64,000 nt of DNA from an uncultured Candidatus Binatia bacterium (GTDB taxonomy: Bacteria > Desulfobacterota > Binatia > UBA9968 > JAJDTQ01). Made by a program: the position numbers and the translations under genes. The notes under the pieces were generated by a model. It was not told where the DNA came from and ran no database searches. It saw nothing but the letters and a program-made list of their open reading frames with translations. Shown here piece by piece: positions 20,586 through 28,749 of this stretch. Every line of letters starts with the position of its first letter. The stretch's first letter is position 1. Where the stretch lies: positions 1,088,001 to 1,152,000 of the forward strand of contig OZ219754.1 in NCBI GenBank assembly GCA_964291295.2, written 5' to 3'.

Positions 20586-21191
20586 TCACGGGCCCAGATT
20601 GGCGGGCGTCACCACCGAGCGCAGGGTGTGCGTGCGGTAGCCGTCGTTCCTCGGGTAGCGCGGGTCCCGCCGGCCCGTTCTCGTGGTCACGCTGATCCGC
20701 AGTTGTCGTATCCGGTTTGCCACCGCCGTGACGTTGCCGGCGGCGTCGAGGTATTCCACGGTGAAGCCTTCCACGTCCTCGGCCAGGGGCTGTCCGCCGC
20801 CGCCCGTGTCGCGCCGGAGCATCCGGCGGTCCGGGTCGTGAAAGTAGACGACGCGTTCGTTGGCGTCCGCCAGGTCGCCGTCACCGTTGTGATCCGCGAA
20901 GAGGATCAGACGCGCCGGGTCGTAGGTCAGCCCGACCACGCCCGCCTGTACCGGGTCGTACCCGGCGGCGCGCGCCTCCCGGATCACCGTGGTCATGGCT
21001 GCCCGGGCATTCTGTTGCATGGCGCCCACCTGTTCCTGCAGGGCGTAGGTGGTGAGTTGTCCGGTAAAGCTGGTGGCCACCGCCGCCAGCAGTATTCCCT
21101 GGATCGCCAGGACCACGAGCAGTTCGATGAGGGTGAATCCCCGGCCGCCGCCCCCGGCTGCCGGCCCGGGGCCGCACGGCCGCGGCGTCAC
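20586..21191 (-). CDS. pilW: type IV minor pilin, PilW-like
   Basis: G|FTLIELLV prepilin motif, then QQNARAAMT..REARAAGY; GTG start overlaps the upstream stop. Confidence 0.8.
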   Translation of the reverse strand: MTPRPCGPGPAAGGGGRGFTLIELLVVLAIQGILLAAVATSFTGQLTTYALQEQVGAMQQNARAAMTTVIREARAAGYDPVQAGVVGLTYDPARLILFADHNGDGDLADANERVVYFHDPDRRMLRRDTGGGGQPLAEDVEGFTVEYLDAAGNVTAVANRIRQLRISVTTRTGRRDPRYPRNDGYRTHTLRSVVTPANLGP

Positions 21192-21577
21192 CGGTCCACC
21201 AGGGTCCGGAGGACCGCCGCGCGCGCGTCCCGGGACCGGTACACCGTTACGGTGACGGTGTTCAGGCCGGCCTCCGGCACGTCTTGCCGAACCTCGGTGA
21301 CGCGCTTGTAGCGGGAAAATCCCGGCATCGAACCATAGTTCTCCGTGGTGACGGCCATGCCTCCCGAGCCGCGCCCCTTGACGGTCTCGATCCGGTCCTG
21401 GGCCAGCAGGGTGGCGACGCCGCGGTCGCGGCTCCTCAGGTTTCCCTCGATGACGCCGATGGTGAGTCGCCCCAGGCCCAGCAGTCCGGTGGACAGGATC
21501 AGCATCGCCACCAGCAGTTCGATCATGGAAAAGCCCCGGCAGGACAGGCGGTGCCGCTCCATCGTCCATCCGTTCAC
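21188..21577 (-). CDS. pilV: type IV minor pilin, PilV-like
   Basis: G|FSMIELLVAMLILSTGLLGL and ATLLAQDRIE motifs. Confidence 0.8.
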   Translation of the reverse strand: MNGWTMERHRLSCRGFSMIELLVAMLILSTGLLGLGRLTIGVIEGNLRSRDRGVATLLAQDRIETVKGRGSGGMAVTTENYGSMPGFSRYKRVTEVRQDVPEAGLNTVTVTVYRSRDARAAVLRTLVDR

Positions 21578-22041
21578 CGGACCCGCACGCGGCCGGCGAT
21601 GCTGATGCTGATGCGTTTCGCCCCGCCGGCGTTGGTCAGCGTGATGGTGGCGAGATTGCTGGCGGTGCCCCGGGGACTGAAGATCGGGTTGTTGGTGGAA
21701 CGCATCGCCACGTCCCCATAGTCCTCCCGCAGGTCTCTGGTGACGGTCCATTCTCCGGGGTCCACGGCGCCGTCGTTGTCGGTATCGTCGAGGAGCCGGT
21801 ACTGATGGTCGTTCAGGAAGAAGATCCGGTGCCGGTTGTTGCGCTGGATGGCCTTCATGCGAGCCCACATGAGGTCCCCCGTCAGTTGCCGCACCGCGCC
21901 GTTGAGGCGATGCCTGGGCAGAACCTTCAGATAGCCCGGCACTGCGATGGCGATCATGATTCCGGCCAAGGCCAGGGTGATCAGTTGACCCAGCAACGAG
22001 AAGCCGGCGGTCTGGCGGAGTGCTCCCGGCATCGGCGTCAT
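21574..22041 (-). CDS. fimT: type IV minor pilin, FimT/GspH-like
   Basis: G|FSLLGQLI..IAVP, ARMKAI and IFSPRG motifs; C-terminal ISIAGRVR. Confidence 0.8.
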   Translation of the reverse strand: MTPMPGALRQTAGFSLLGQLITLALAGIMIAIAVPGYLKVLPRHRLNGAVRQLTGDLMWARMKAIQRNNRHRIFFLNDHQYRLLDDTDNDGAVDPGEWTVTRDLREDYGDVAMRSTNNPIFSPRGTASNLATITLTNAGGAKRISISIAGRVRVR

Positions 22042-22874
22042 CCTGCGCGGGACAGGTGAAACAGTGCGCCCATGCATAGAAAAGGGGCAAACGGCAAGGG
22101 CGTGGTGAGCGAGACTTCCTCCCTGAAGACCATGAGACCGACGCCCCAGAGGGTTCCGGCGAGGGCGCTCGAGAACAGGATGGCGGGCACGGCTTCCCAG
22201 CCGGCGAAGGCGCCGATCATTGCCAACAGCTTGATGTCGCCGCCGCCCACGCCGTCCCGGCCCGTCACGGCGCGGTAGCCCCTGGCGGTGCCCAGGAGCA
22301 GGCCTGCGCCCGACAGCAGGCCCAGGAGGGAGCCGAGCGGCGACGGCCAGTGCTGGATCGACAGGGCCGGGGCGCACCACGACAGGGCGAGGGCGCAGAC
22401 CGTGCCCCATGCGCTGATGACATCCGGGATGAGGCCCGTTTCGAAGTCGATGACGGCCGCCGCCAGCAGCGCGCCGGCGAAGGTCAGCCGGACGACCAGG
22501 GAAAGGCCGAGGCCGAATCGGCGGGTCCATGCCAGCGTCAGTGCGGCGGTGCAAAGCTCCACCAGGAAATAGCGCGGGGGAATGCGGACGCCGCACTGGC
22601 CGCAGCGGGCGCGCAGCAGCAGGTAGCCCGCCAGGGGCACCAAGGCCCGGAGCGGTATCGGCCTGTTGCATGAGCGGCAGTGCGACGCGGGTACGAGCAC
22701 CGACTCGCCCACCGGCAGTCGGGTGATGCAGAGGTTCAGGAAGCTGCCAAGACAGGCTCCGAGAACCAGGGACAGAATATCGAAGGACAGACAGTCGAAG
22801 GGCGGGATTTCAAAGGACGGTTGTTCAAGGAACAGCAGCTTCTGTGCGGGTCCCGGTGCCGAGTTTCCGACCAT
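22038..22874 (-). CDS. pilD: prepilin peptidase (A24)
   Basis: GSFLNLCITRLP, two CxxC pairs, ID...IPD, GGGDIKL and LPFAPF motifs; start uncertain. Confidence 0.92.
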   Translation of the reverse strand: MVGNSAPGPAQKLLFLEQPSFEIPPFDCLSFDILSLVLGACLGSFLNLCITRLPVGESVLVPASHCRSCNRPIPLRALVPLAGYLLLRARCGQCGVRIPPRYFLVELCTAALTLAWTRRFGLGLSLVVRLTFAGALLAAAVIDFETGLIPDVISAWGTVCALALSWCAPALSIQHWPSPLGSLLGLLSGAGLLLGTARGYRAVTGRDGVGGGDIKLLAMIGAFAGWEAVPAILFSSALAGTLWGVGLMVFREEVSLTTPLPFAPFLCMGALFHLSRAG

Positions 22875-22923
22875 GCGGGAATAGTCGGCACCGGACCGTC
22901 AAACCGTAGAGTCCAGCAGTCGG

Positions 22924-23062
22924 TGCCGCGGAAGATTTTTGTGGGACAAAGATCCGCCAGAGTCCGGATGGGTGCAGGATGGGTGCGGGATTGTTGCGGA
23001 ATGGGCGTCGAATTCGCTCCCGATAATGGGACAAGGGCGGGGACTTCCGGCATTCCGGGCCA
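22924..23062 (-). repeat. dispersed ~110-140 bp repeat, copy A (inverted relative to B and C)
   Basis: Reverse complement reads GAATGCCGGAA...CCTTGTCCCATTATCGG...GGACTCTGGCGGATCTTTGTCCCACAAAAATCTTCCGCGGC, matching 24466-24603 and 59881-59991. Confidence 0.85.
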
Positions 23063-23180
23063 AGGAACGCGCAAGAGTCCGCGGGAAGGACCGCGTGGGA
23101 AGATTCGAGCAAAAGTCCGGGCGAAGGACCTCACATGGCCCCTGCCGGCCACCTGCCGAAGCGTCCCGCGGCGCGGGCTG

Positions 23181-23993
23181 TCAGTCGGCCAGCATCTCTT
23201 TCTGCATCGGCGTCAGCGCATTGGCGCATCCCGTCATGCTGTTGCGGGTAACCAGCCCGGCCAGTTGCTCCTCGCTCCAACCCTCGGTTCCCTCCGGACG
23301 CCGGGGCACCACCAAGTAGCGGGTTTCGGCGGTGCTGTCCACCACCCGCACCTCGACAGACTCGGGCAGCTCCAGCCCCATCTCCTTCAGCACCCTGCGG
23401 GGGTCCACCACCACCCGGGTGCGGTAGTTGGTGCTCTTGTACCAGTCCGGGGGTTGGCCCAGCAGTTGCCGGGGGTAGCAGGAGCAGAGCGTGCACACCA
23501 CCACATGGTGCACCGATTCGGTGTTCTCCACCGCGATGAGCTGGTTGGCCGTGGACATGTCGATGCCCAGTTCACCGGCGGCGGCGATGCCGTCCTCGAA
23601 CAGACGCTTCCTGTACTCCGGGTCGGTCCAGGCCCGGGCCACCACCCGCGAGCCCTGATGCCACGAGACCGCATCGTTCTCGTCGATCTTGCGCCGCACC
23701 TCGTCGGTGCTGACGATGCCCTTTTCCCGCAACAGGTTGCCCAAGGCCAGCATCTGCTTCTCGAACGGCGTGTACACGTGTTCCCGCATGTCGATGGGGT
23801 TGTTGGCATGAAGCTGCTCGAACACGTCGTCGTGACTGTGGTCGTGGCCGTGCTTGACCTGCCGCACCTCGTCGGTGTTCAGCACCCCCCTCTCCTTCAG
23901 CAGGTCCGCTGTCGCGCGGGCGCGCCGTTCGAAATATCCCGGCCCCTGGTCCGTTGCCGGCTCGGTGTGTTCCTGCTGCGGTTCCCTGGCCAT
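23181..23993 (-). CDS. nthA: Co-type nitrile hydratase alpha / thiocyanate hydrolase gamma-like subunit with N-terminal helical extension
   Basis: VVARAWTDPEY, VCTLCSCYP metal-binding motif, PPDWYKS..YR.R and DSTAETRYLVVP.RP; start ATG 23993. Confidence 0.9.
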   Translation of the reverse strand: MAREPQQEHTEPATDQGPGYFERRARATADLLKERGVLNTDEVRQVKHGHDHSHDDVFEQLHANNPIDMREHVYTPFEKQMLALGNLLREKGIVSTDEVRRKIDENDAVSWHQGSRVVARAWTDPEYRKRLFEDGIAAAGELGIDMSTANQLIAVENTESVHHVVVCTLCSCYPRQLLGQPPDWYKSTNYRTRVVVDPRRVLKEMGLELPESVEVRVVDSTAETRYLVVPRRPEGTEGWSEEQLAGLVTRNSMTGCANALTPMQKEMLAD

Positions 23994-24015
23994 GAAGTCC
24001 CCCCTTGAAGCGCAT

Positions 24016-24306
24016 TCAGCGCGGTTCCAGCCACTGCTCGAAAATGTCCGCGTAGATCCTGTTGACACCTTCGGGTGCAGGCCGATCGTCCCACACGTGG
24101 GCCAGGTCGAACTCGATGGAGTACAGATTGGCCATGGGCAGACCGTCCTGGCCGAAGGAGAGCAATTCCGGATCCCGGAAGCGACCGCGGATATCCGCCA
24201 CCACGCCGCTCTTGCCCCTGAGATACTGGGGCGAGCGAACGTGGTGCCCCAAGGTCAACGTATCCCGGACTCGTACCGGATCGCCCGGCTTGTAGCGAAA
24301 ACTCAT
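24016..24306 (-). CDS. nitrile hydratase beta C-terminal SH3-like domain only (ScnA-like)
   Basis: 96 aa: YKPGDPVRV, HHVRSPQYLRGKSG, LYSIEF...VW and DIFEQWLEP. Confidence 0.88.
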   Translation of the reverse strand: MSFRYKPGDPVRVRDTLTLGHHVRSPQYLRGKSGVVADIRGRFRDPELLSFGQDGLPMANLYSIEFDLAHVWDDRPAPEGVNRIYADIFEQWLEPR

Positions 24307-24465
24307 CCCGGCAGTCTCATGCGTGACGAGGCGATTGTCAAGAACGTTCCAACGATACTGCCTGCGCGGAGTGCCGGAACCTCCGTGACGGTCCCCGGTC
24401 GCGCCTGCGCCGTGCTCGCGGGATGGGCGACGGCGGGGCGGCAGCGGATGGAGAGAAGTGTCCCG

Positions 24466-24603
24466 GTTTTCGTTCAGAATGCCGGAAACCCGCACCTTGC
24501 CCCATTATCGGACATGAATAATCGGGCATGAATTGTCGGACACGAATCGGGCGCCAAAGGGCACGTTGGTGGACCGCTGTCCCGCGAAAATCGTCCGCGG
24601 CGC
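24466..24603 (+). repeat. dispersed repeat, copy B (internal triplication of ATCGGACATGAAT-like unit)
   Basis: TTTTCGTTCAGAATGCCGGAAACCCGCACCTTGCCCCATTATCGGACATGAA...TGGTGGACCGCTGTCCCGCGAAAATCGTCCGCGGCGC. Confidence 0.85.
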
Positions 24604-24609
24604 GAATTC

Positions 24610-25695
24610 CTATGGTTCATCCTGCAGTTCAAGCCATCGCCGGATCAGCGGAAAGACCTCCTTGCGGGCGTTCCTGCCGAGGATCAGGTCGAAATGCCCG
24701 TAGTTCGTCTCCTCGTCCGGGTCCGACCAGAAGATCATGAGATCGCGGTCCCTTGAGGCAACTTCCCGGTAGACCGTTCTCAGGGCGTCCGGCGGCGCGA
24801 TGGGGTCGGCCGCGCCTCCCACCAGGAGCAGCGGGATGCGGACGCCGGCCAGGGCGTCCCGGTAGCTGGCGGCGCCGTCCGCGGACACGAACTCGTCCTT
24901 GTCCACGGTCGTGATCAACTGTTTCAGGACACCGGGGTTGACCGGGACCAGGAGCGTTTCCAGCAGTTGCCGGGCGACCTGCGGGTCCATGTTCCCGGGG
25001 TTGTAGAAGACTTCCCTGAATCCGGGAATCATGAACAGCAACCGGTTCAGGGCGGACGCGTTCCAGGAGAGAAGCGCGTTCCGCAGCAGCGGCCGCCGGT
25101 CCAGTTCGAGCAGGATGTCGAGCCGGTCCTGCTCGCGGCTGTCGAAAGTCATGGGCGCGGCGATGCCGACGATTCCCGCCACGCCGTGCTCCGCGGCCGT
25201 GCCGGCGTAGGCCAGGGCGAGCGCCCCGCCCAACTCGTAGCCCACCACGAATACCTCGGTCGCCCCGGCGGTCTTCCCGACGTACTCGATGACCGCGGGC
25301 AGGTCGTCCTTCAGGACGTCGTCGAGGGTCCAGGGCCGGTTGCCCCAACCGAGGGGTTGAAGGCTCCGGCCCGTCCCCCGCAGCGACAGATTCCAGACGT
25401 CGAACCCGGCCTCCGCCAGATACCTGGCCAGGCTGGCGCTGCCGAAATCGAGAAAACGGCTGTCCACGAGCAGACCGTGGATGAGGATGACGGGGCGCGG
25501 ATGGCGCAGGTTCCTGTTGAGACGGAAACGCTTGGCGGAGATCTCGAACCTGGTGCCGGTGACGGCCCAGTGGCGCGTCCATGTCACGTAGGCGTCGTCC
25601 AGGGAGGCCGCCCCGGCCGGCCCCGCCGAAAGGCAGCACAGCGCCGCCGCCACACGGCAGAGGAAAAGCCGCAGCCGGACGGGAAACCGTGTCAT
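24610..25695 (-). CDS. exported alpha/beta-hydrolase-fold protein (PhaC/lipase-like) with non-canonical nucleophile elbow
   Basis: Signal-peptide-like N-terminus; PVILIHGL, GFDVW..SLRGTGRS, GYELGG, ADPIAP and YGHFDLILG motifs. Start 25695 or 25713. Confidence 0.82.
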   Translation of the reverse strand: MTRFPVRLRLFLCRVAAALCCLSAGPAGAASLDDAYVTWTRHWAVTGTRFEISAKRFRLNRNLRHPRPVILIHGLLVDSRFLDFGSASLARYLAEAGFDVWNLSLRGTGRSLQPLGWGNRPWTLDDVLKDDLPAVIEYVGKTAGATEVFVVGYELGGALALAYAGTAAEHGVAGIVGIAAPMTFDSREQDRLDILLELDRRPLLRNALLSWNASALNRLLFMIPGFREVFYNPGNMDPQVARQLLETLLVPVNPGVLKQLITTVDKDEFVSADGAASYRDALAGVRIPLLLVGGAADPIAPPDALRTVYREVASRDRDLMIFWSDPDEETNYGHFDLILGRNARKEVFPLIRRWLELQDEP

Positions 25696-25858
25696 TGCCG
25701 CGCGGTGTCGCATGATGGAAAGATCGCCCCGCCGGGCGCGTGTGCGTTGTTGTACAGGACGGGAGGATTGTATATAGACCCGATCGAAGCGGTCAAGGAG
25801 CGTGCGCCGGACGGCCGGTTCCCGGAAACGGGCAGGGAGCGACGAGGGGGGGCACGAC

Positions 25859-27070
25859 ATGCGCGCGGGTACCGAGAGGAAGATGAAGCGTTGGCGGGAG
25901 CAGCGCTGGATACTCGACCAGGTCATCAAGGTGAGCGGCCTCGACTTCGACCAGGGACGCTCGCACAAGATGCTGCGGAACTGCGGTCCGGGCATCGCCG
26001 GGGAACTGCGCGGCATCGGGCAGCGGATCCAGAAGTTTGCCGACTTTCCGCGGGAGTTCTCCCGCGCCGCCGAGAAGCGCGAGCGCCAGGGGCGCGCCGC
26101 CGAGGCGCTGGGACACACGGTGGAGGCCCGCGAGCACTACTACGTGGCCGCCACCTGGTACACCGCCGCCCAGTGGGGCATCTACGAGGACGGCAACCCG
26201 CGGCGGATGGCCTGGGCGGAGCGCAAGCGCGACTGCTACGACCGCTACATCCGGTTCGCCGACCATCCCATCGAGCGGGTGGACCTGCCCGTGCCGGGCG
26301 GGCAGATGGCGGCGCTGCTGCACCTGCCGCACAAGCCGGCGCCCGGCGAGCGGTTCCCGTGCATCCTCTATCAGCCGGGCATGGACGGGGTGAAGGAGGA
26401 CAATCCCCTGATGGGAGATCCGTTGCTCCAGCGGGGAATGGCGGTCCTCTCCATCGACGGGCCGGGACAGGGCGAGACCCGCGAGCGCGGCATCACGGTG
26501 ACCGCCTCCAACTGCGAGGACGGGGCCAGGGCGGCCTGCGCCTGGCTCAGGAACCGTTCCGAGATCAACGGCGACCGGATGGCGATCTACGGGTCCAGCA
26601 TGGGTTCCTACTGGGGCACGCGCATGGCGGCCGCCGAGCCCGGTTTCAAGGCCTGTGCGGTGGCCGGCGTCTGCATGGAGCCCGGCCAGTACACCATCTT
26701 CAACACCGCCGCCCCCACCTTCAAGCTCAACTACATGTACATGGCCGGCTACGATGACGAGGCGGCGTTCGACGAGTTCTGCAAGAGCCTGACCCTGGAG
26801 GGGATTGCCGCCAGGATCCGCTGCCCGTACATGGTGGTGGCCGGGGAGGACGACGAACTCTGTCCCATCGAGTACGTCTACCGGGTCATGGACGAGGCCG
26901 TCTGTCCCAAGGTTCTTCACGTCTACGAGGGCGAGCGCCACTCGCTCCGCAATCCGGCCGCCCGTACCCGCATCGTGGACTGGCTCAGGGACTGCCTCGA
27001 CGGCAAGCCGGTGACGTCCGAAAAGGTCCATGTCGAGACGAGCGGCAAGGAGACCCGGACGCCGTTCTGA
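25859..27070 (+). CDS. alpha/beta hydrolase, 2,6-dihydroxypseudooxynicotine hydrolase/FrsA-like
   Basis: PGMDGVKE, DGPGQGE and GSSMG nucleophile motifs; EDDELCP and C-terminal His. Confidence 0.85.
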   Translation: MRAGTERKMKRWREQRWILDQVIKVSGLDFDQGRSHKMLRNCGPGIAGELRGIGQRIQKFADFPREFSRAAEKRERQGRAAEALGHTVEAREHYYVAATWYTAAQWGIYEDGNPRRMAWAERKRDCYDRYIRFADHPIERVDLPVPGGQMAALLHLPHKPAPGERFPCILYQPGMDGVKEDNPLMGDPLLQRGMAVLSIDGPGQGETRERGITVTASNCEDGARAACAWLRNRSEINGDRMAIYGSSMGSYWGTRMAAAEPGFKACAVAGVCMEPGQYTIFNTAAPTFKLNYMYMAGYDDEAAFDEFCKSLTLEGIAARIRCPYMVVAGEDDELCPIEYVYRVMDEAVCPKVLHVYEGERHSLRNPAARTRIVDWLRDCLDGKPVTSEKVHVETSGKETRTPF

Positions 27071-27156
27071 CGCCGCGGGCTTTCCTTGACAGGCTCGACC
27101 CGACGTGGTTCATTCTGTCCCGGCCGTCGGCTGACGAAGATTCGCCCCGAGACAGC

Positions 27157-27246
27157 GTTTCGAAGCACTCTGAAGTGTTTCGAAGCATTCCGAAGCAGAT
27201 CCGGCCAGATTTCACCGGCTGCACAGACCACGGGCTGCACAGACCA
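27157..27246. repeat. two adjacent tandem duplications (20-bp x2 and 16-bp period x2) upstream of ALDH
   Basis: GTTTCGAAGCACTCTGAAGT/GTTTCGAAGCATTCCGAAGC, then GGCTGCACAGACCA twice. Confidence 0.85.
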
Positions 27247-27269
27247 ATTTCACGAGGAGAGTTCGTTCC

Positions 27270-28727
27270 ATGCAGATGTTCATTGCTGGCGAGTATGCGA
27301 AAACCGCAAGCGGCGAGGCCACCACCATCCACGATCCCGCCACCGGCGAGGCGGTGGACACCGTACCCACGGGCAGTGCCGAGGACGTGCAGCGGGCCGT
27401 GGCGGCCGCGGCGGAGGCGGCGGTGGAGTGGGGCAGGTTCTCTCCGCCCAAGCGGGGTGCCTGCCTGTCCGAGGCCGCGCATCTCGTGCTGGAGAACGAG
27501 AAGGAACTGACCCGGCTGCTTACCCGGGAGCAGGGCAAGGCGCTGCGCGAGTCGGTGCTGGAGATCCGCCGGTTCGCCCACACCCTGGAGCACTACGCCG
27601 GTATGGCCAAGACCCTGCGCGGCGGCTATGTGAAGCTTGACGATGGCCGCTACGGACTCATCATGCACAAGCCCATGGGCGTGGTGGGCTCCATCGTGCC
27701 GTGGAACTTCCCGGTGTCGTTGATGGGCAACAAGGTCGGCCCGGCGCTGCTGGCGGGCAATGCCATGGTCATCAAGCCCGCCACCACCACGCCGCTGACC
27801 GCCATCCGGTGCGTCGAGCTGGTGCAGCAGGCGGGTCTTCCCAAGGGCACCATCAACATCGTCACCGGCCCGGGCCGGGAGGTGGGTGAGGAGATCATCC
27901 GCAACCCGGTCATCCGCAAGGTGGGCTTCACCGGCGCCACCGACACCGGCAAGCGGATCATGGAGGTGGCTTCCCGGGAGGTCAAGCGGGTGACCCTGGA
28001 GCTGGGCGGCAGCGACCCCATGATCGTTTGCGACGACGCCAATATCGACCGGGCGGTGAGCGCGGCCTCCGTGGGCCGTTTCTTCAACTGCGGGCAGGCG
28101 TGCCTGGCGGTGAAGCGCCTCTACCTGCACGACGGCATCGCCGACGAATTCATCGAAAAGCTGGTGGAAAAGGTCCGCAGGCTGCGGGTCGGCAACGGCC
28201 TGACCCGCGGCACCATGCTCGGCCCCTTGCACACCAAGGCGCAGCGCGACGAGGTGGAGGAACAGGTGGCGGACGCGGTGAAGCGCGGTGCCAGGGTGCT
28301 GGTGGGCGGCGACCGCCCCGCCGGCGGCGAATACGACAACGGCAACTTCCTGAACCCGTCCATCGTGGTGGATGTCGATCCCGCGTCCCGGCTGCTGACC
28401 GACGAGGTGTTCGGACCGGCCCTGCCGGTGGTGCGGGTCCGGAACCTTGAGGAAGGGCTGGCGCTGGCCAACGATTCCGTTTTCGGCCTGGGCTCCTCGA
28501 TCTGGACCCAGGACATCGACAAGGCCATGTACGCGGCCGAGAATCTCGACGCCGGGTATACCTGGGTCAACTCCGCGCAGATCATCTACGACGAGCTGCC
28601 CTTCGGCGGCGTCAAGCAGAGCGGCGTCGGCAAGGAGCACGGCAACGAGGCGGTGGAACACTACAGCGAGGTCAAGTCCGTGGTCATGGCCACGGAGCAG
28701 CGGTCGGAAATGGTGGGAGGCGAATAG
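27270..28727 (+). CDS. aldehyde dehydrogenase
   Basis: PWNFP, FTG, LELGG (Glu), GQAC (Cys), EVFGP and PFGGVKQSG motifs. Confidence 0.96.
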   Translation: MQMFIAGEYAKTASGEATTIHDPATGEAVDTVPTGSAEDVQRAVAAAAEAAVEWGRFSPPKRGACLSEAAHLVLENEKELTRLLTREQGKALRESVLEIRRFAHTLEHYAGMAKTLRGGYVKLDDGRYGLIMHKPMGVVGSIVPWNFPVSLMGNKVGPALLAGNAMVIKPATTTPLTAIRCVELVQQAGLPKGTINIVTGPGREVGEEIIRNPVIRKVGFTGATDTGKRIMEVASREVKRVTLELGGSDPMIVCDDANIDRAVSAASVGRFFNCGQACLAVKRLYLHDGIADEFIEKLVEKVRRLRVGNGLTRGTMLGPLHTKAQRDEVEEQVADAVKRGARVLVGGDRPAGGEYDNGNFLNPSIVVDVDPASRLLTDEVFGPALPVVRVRNLEEGLALANDSVFGLGSSIWTQDIDKAMYAAENLDAGYTWVNSAQIIYDELPFGGVKQSGVGKEHGNEAVEHYSEVKSVVMATEQRSEMVGGE

Positions 28728-28749
28728 GCCGGGGTTGGCCGGAACGAGC

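Noticed and set aside
23181-23993. NHase alpha as an NHLP-type RiPP precursor for the LanM stub
   Set aside because: It retains the full CTLCSC metal site, has no Gly-Gly leader/core and lies 28 kb from the LanM fragment.
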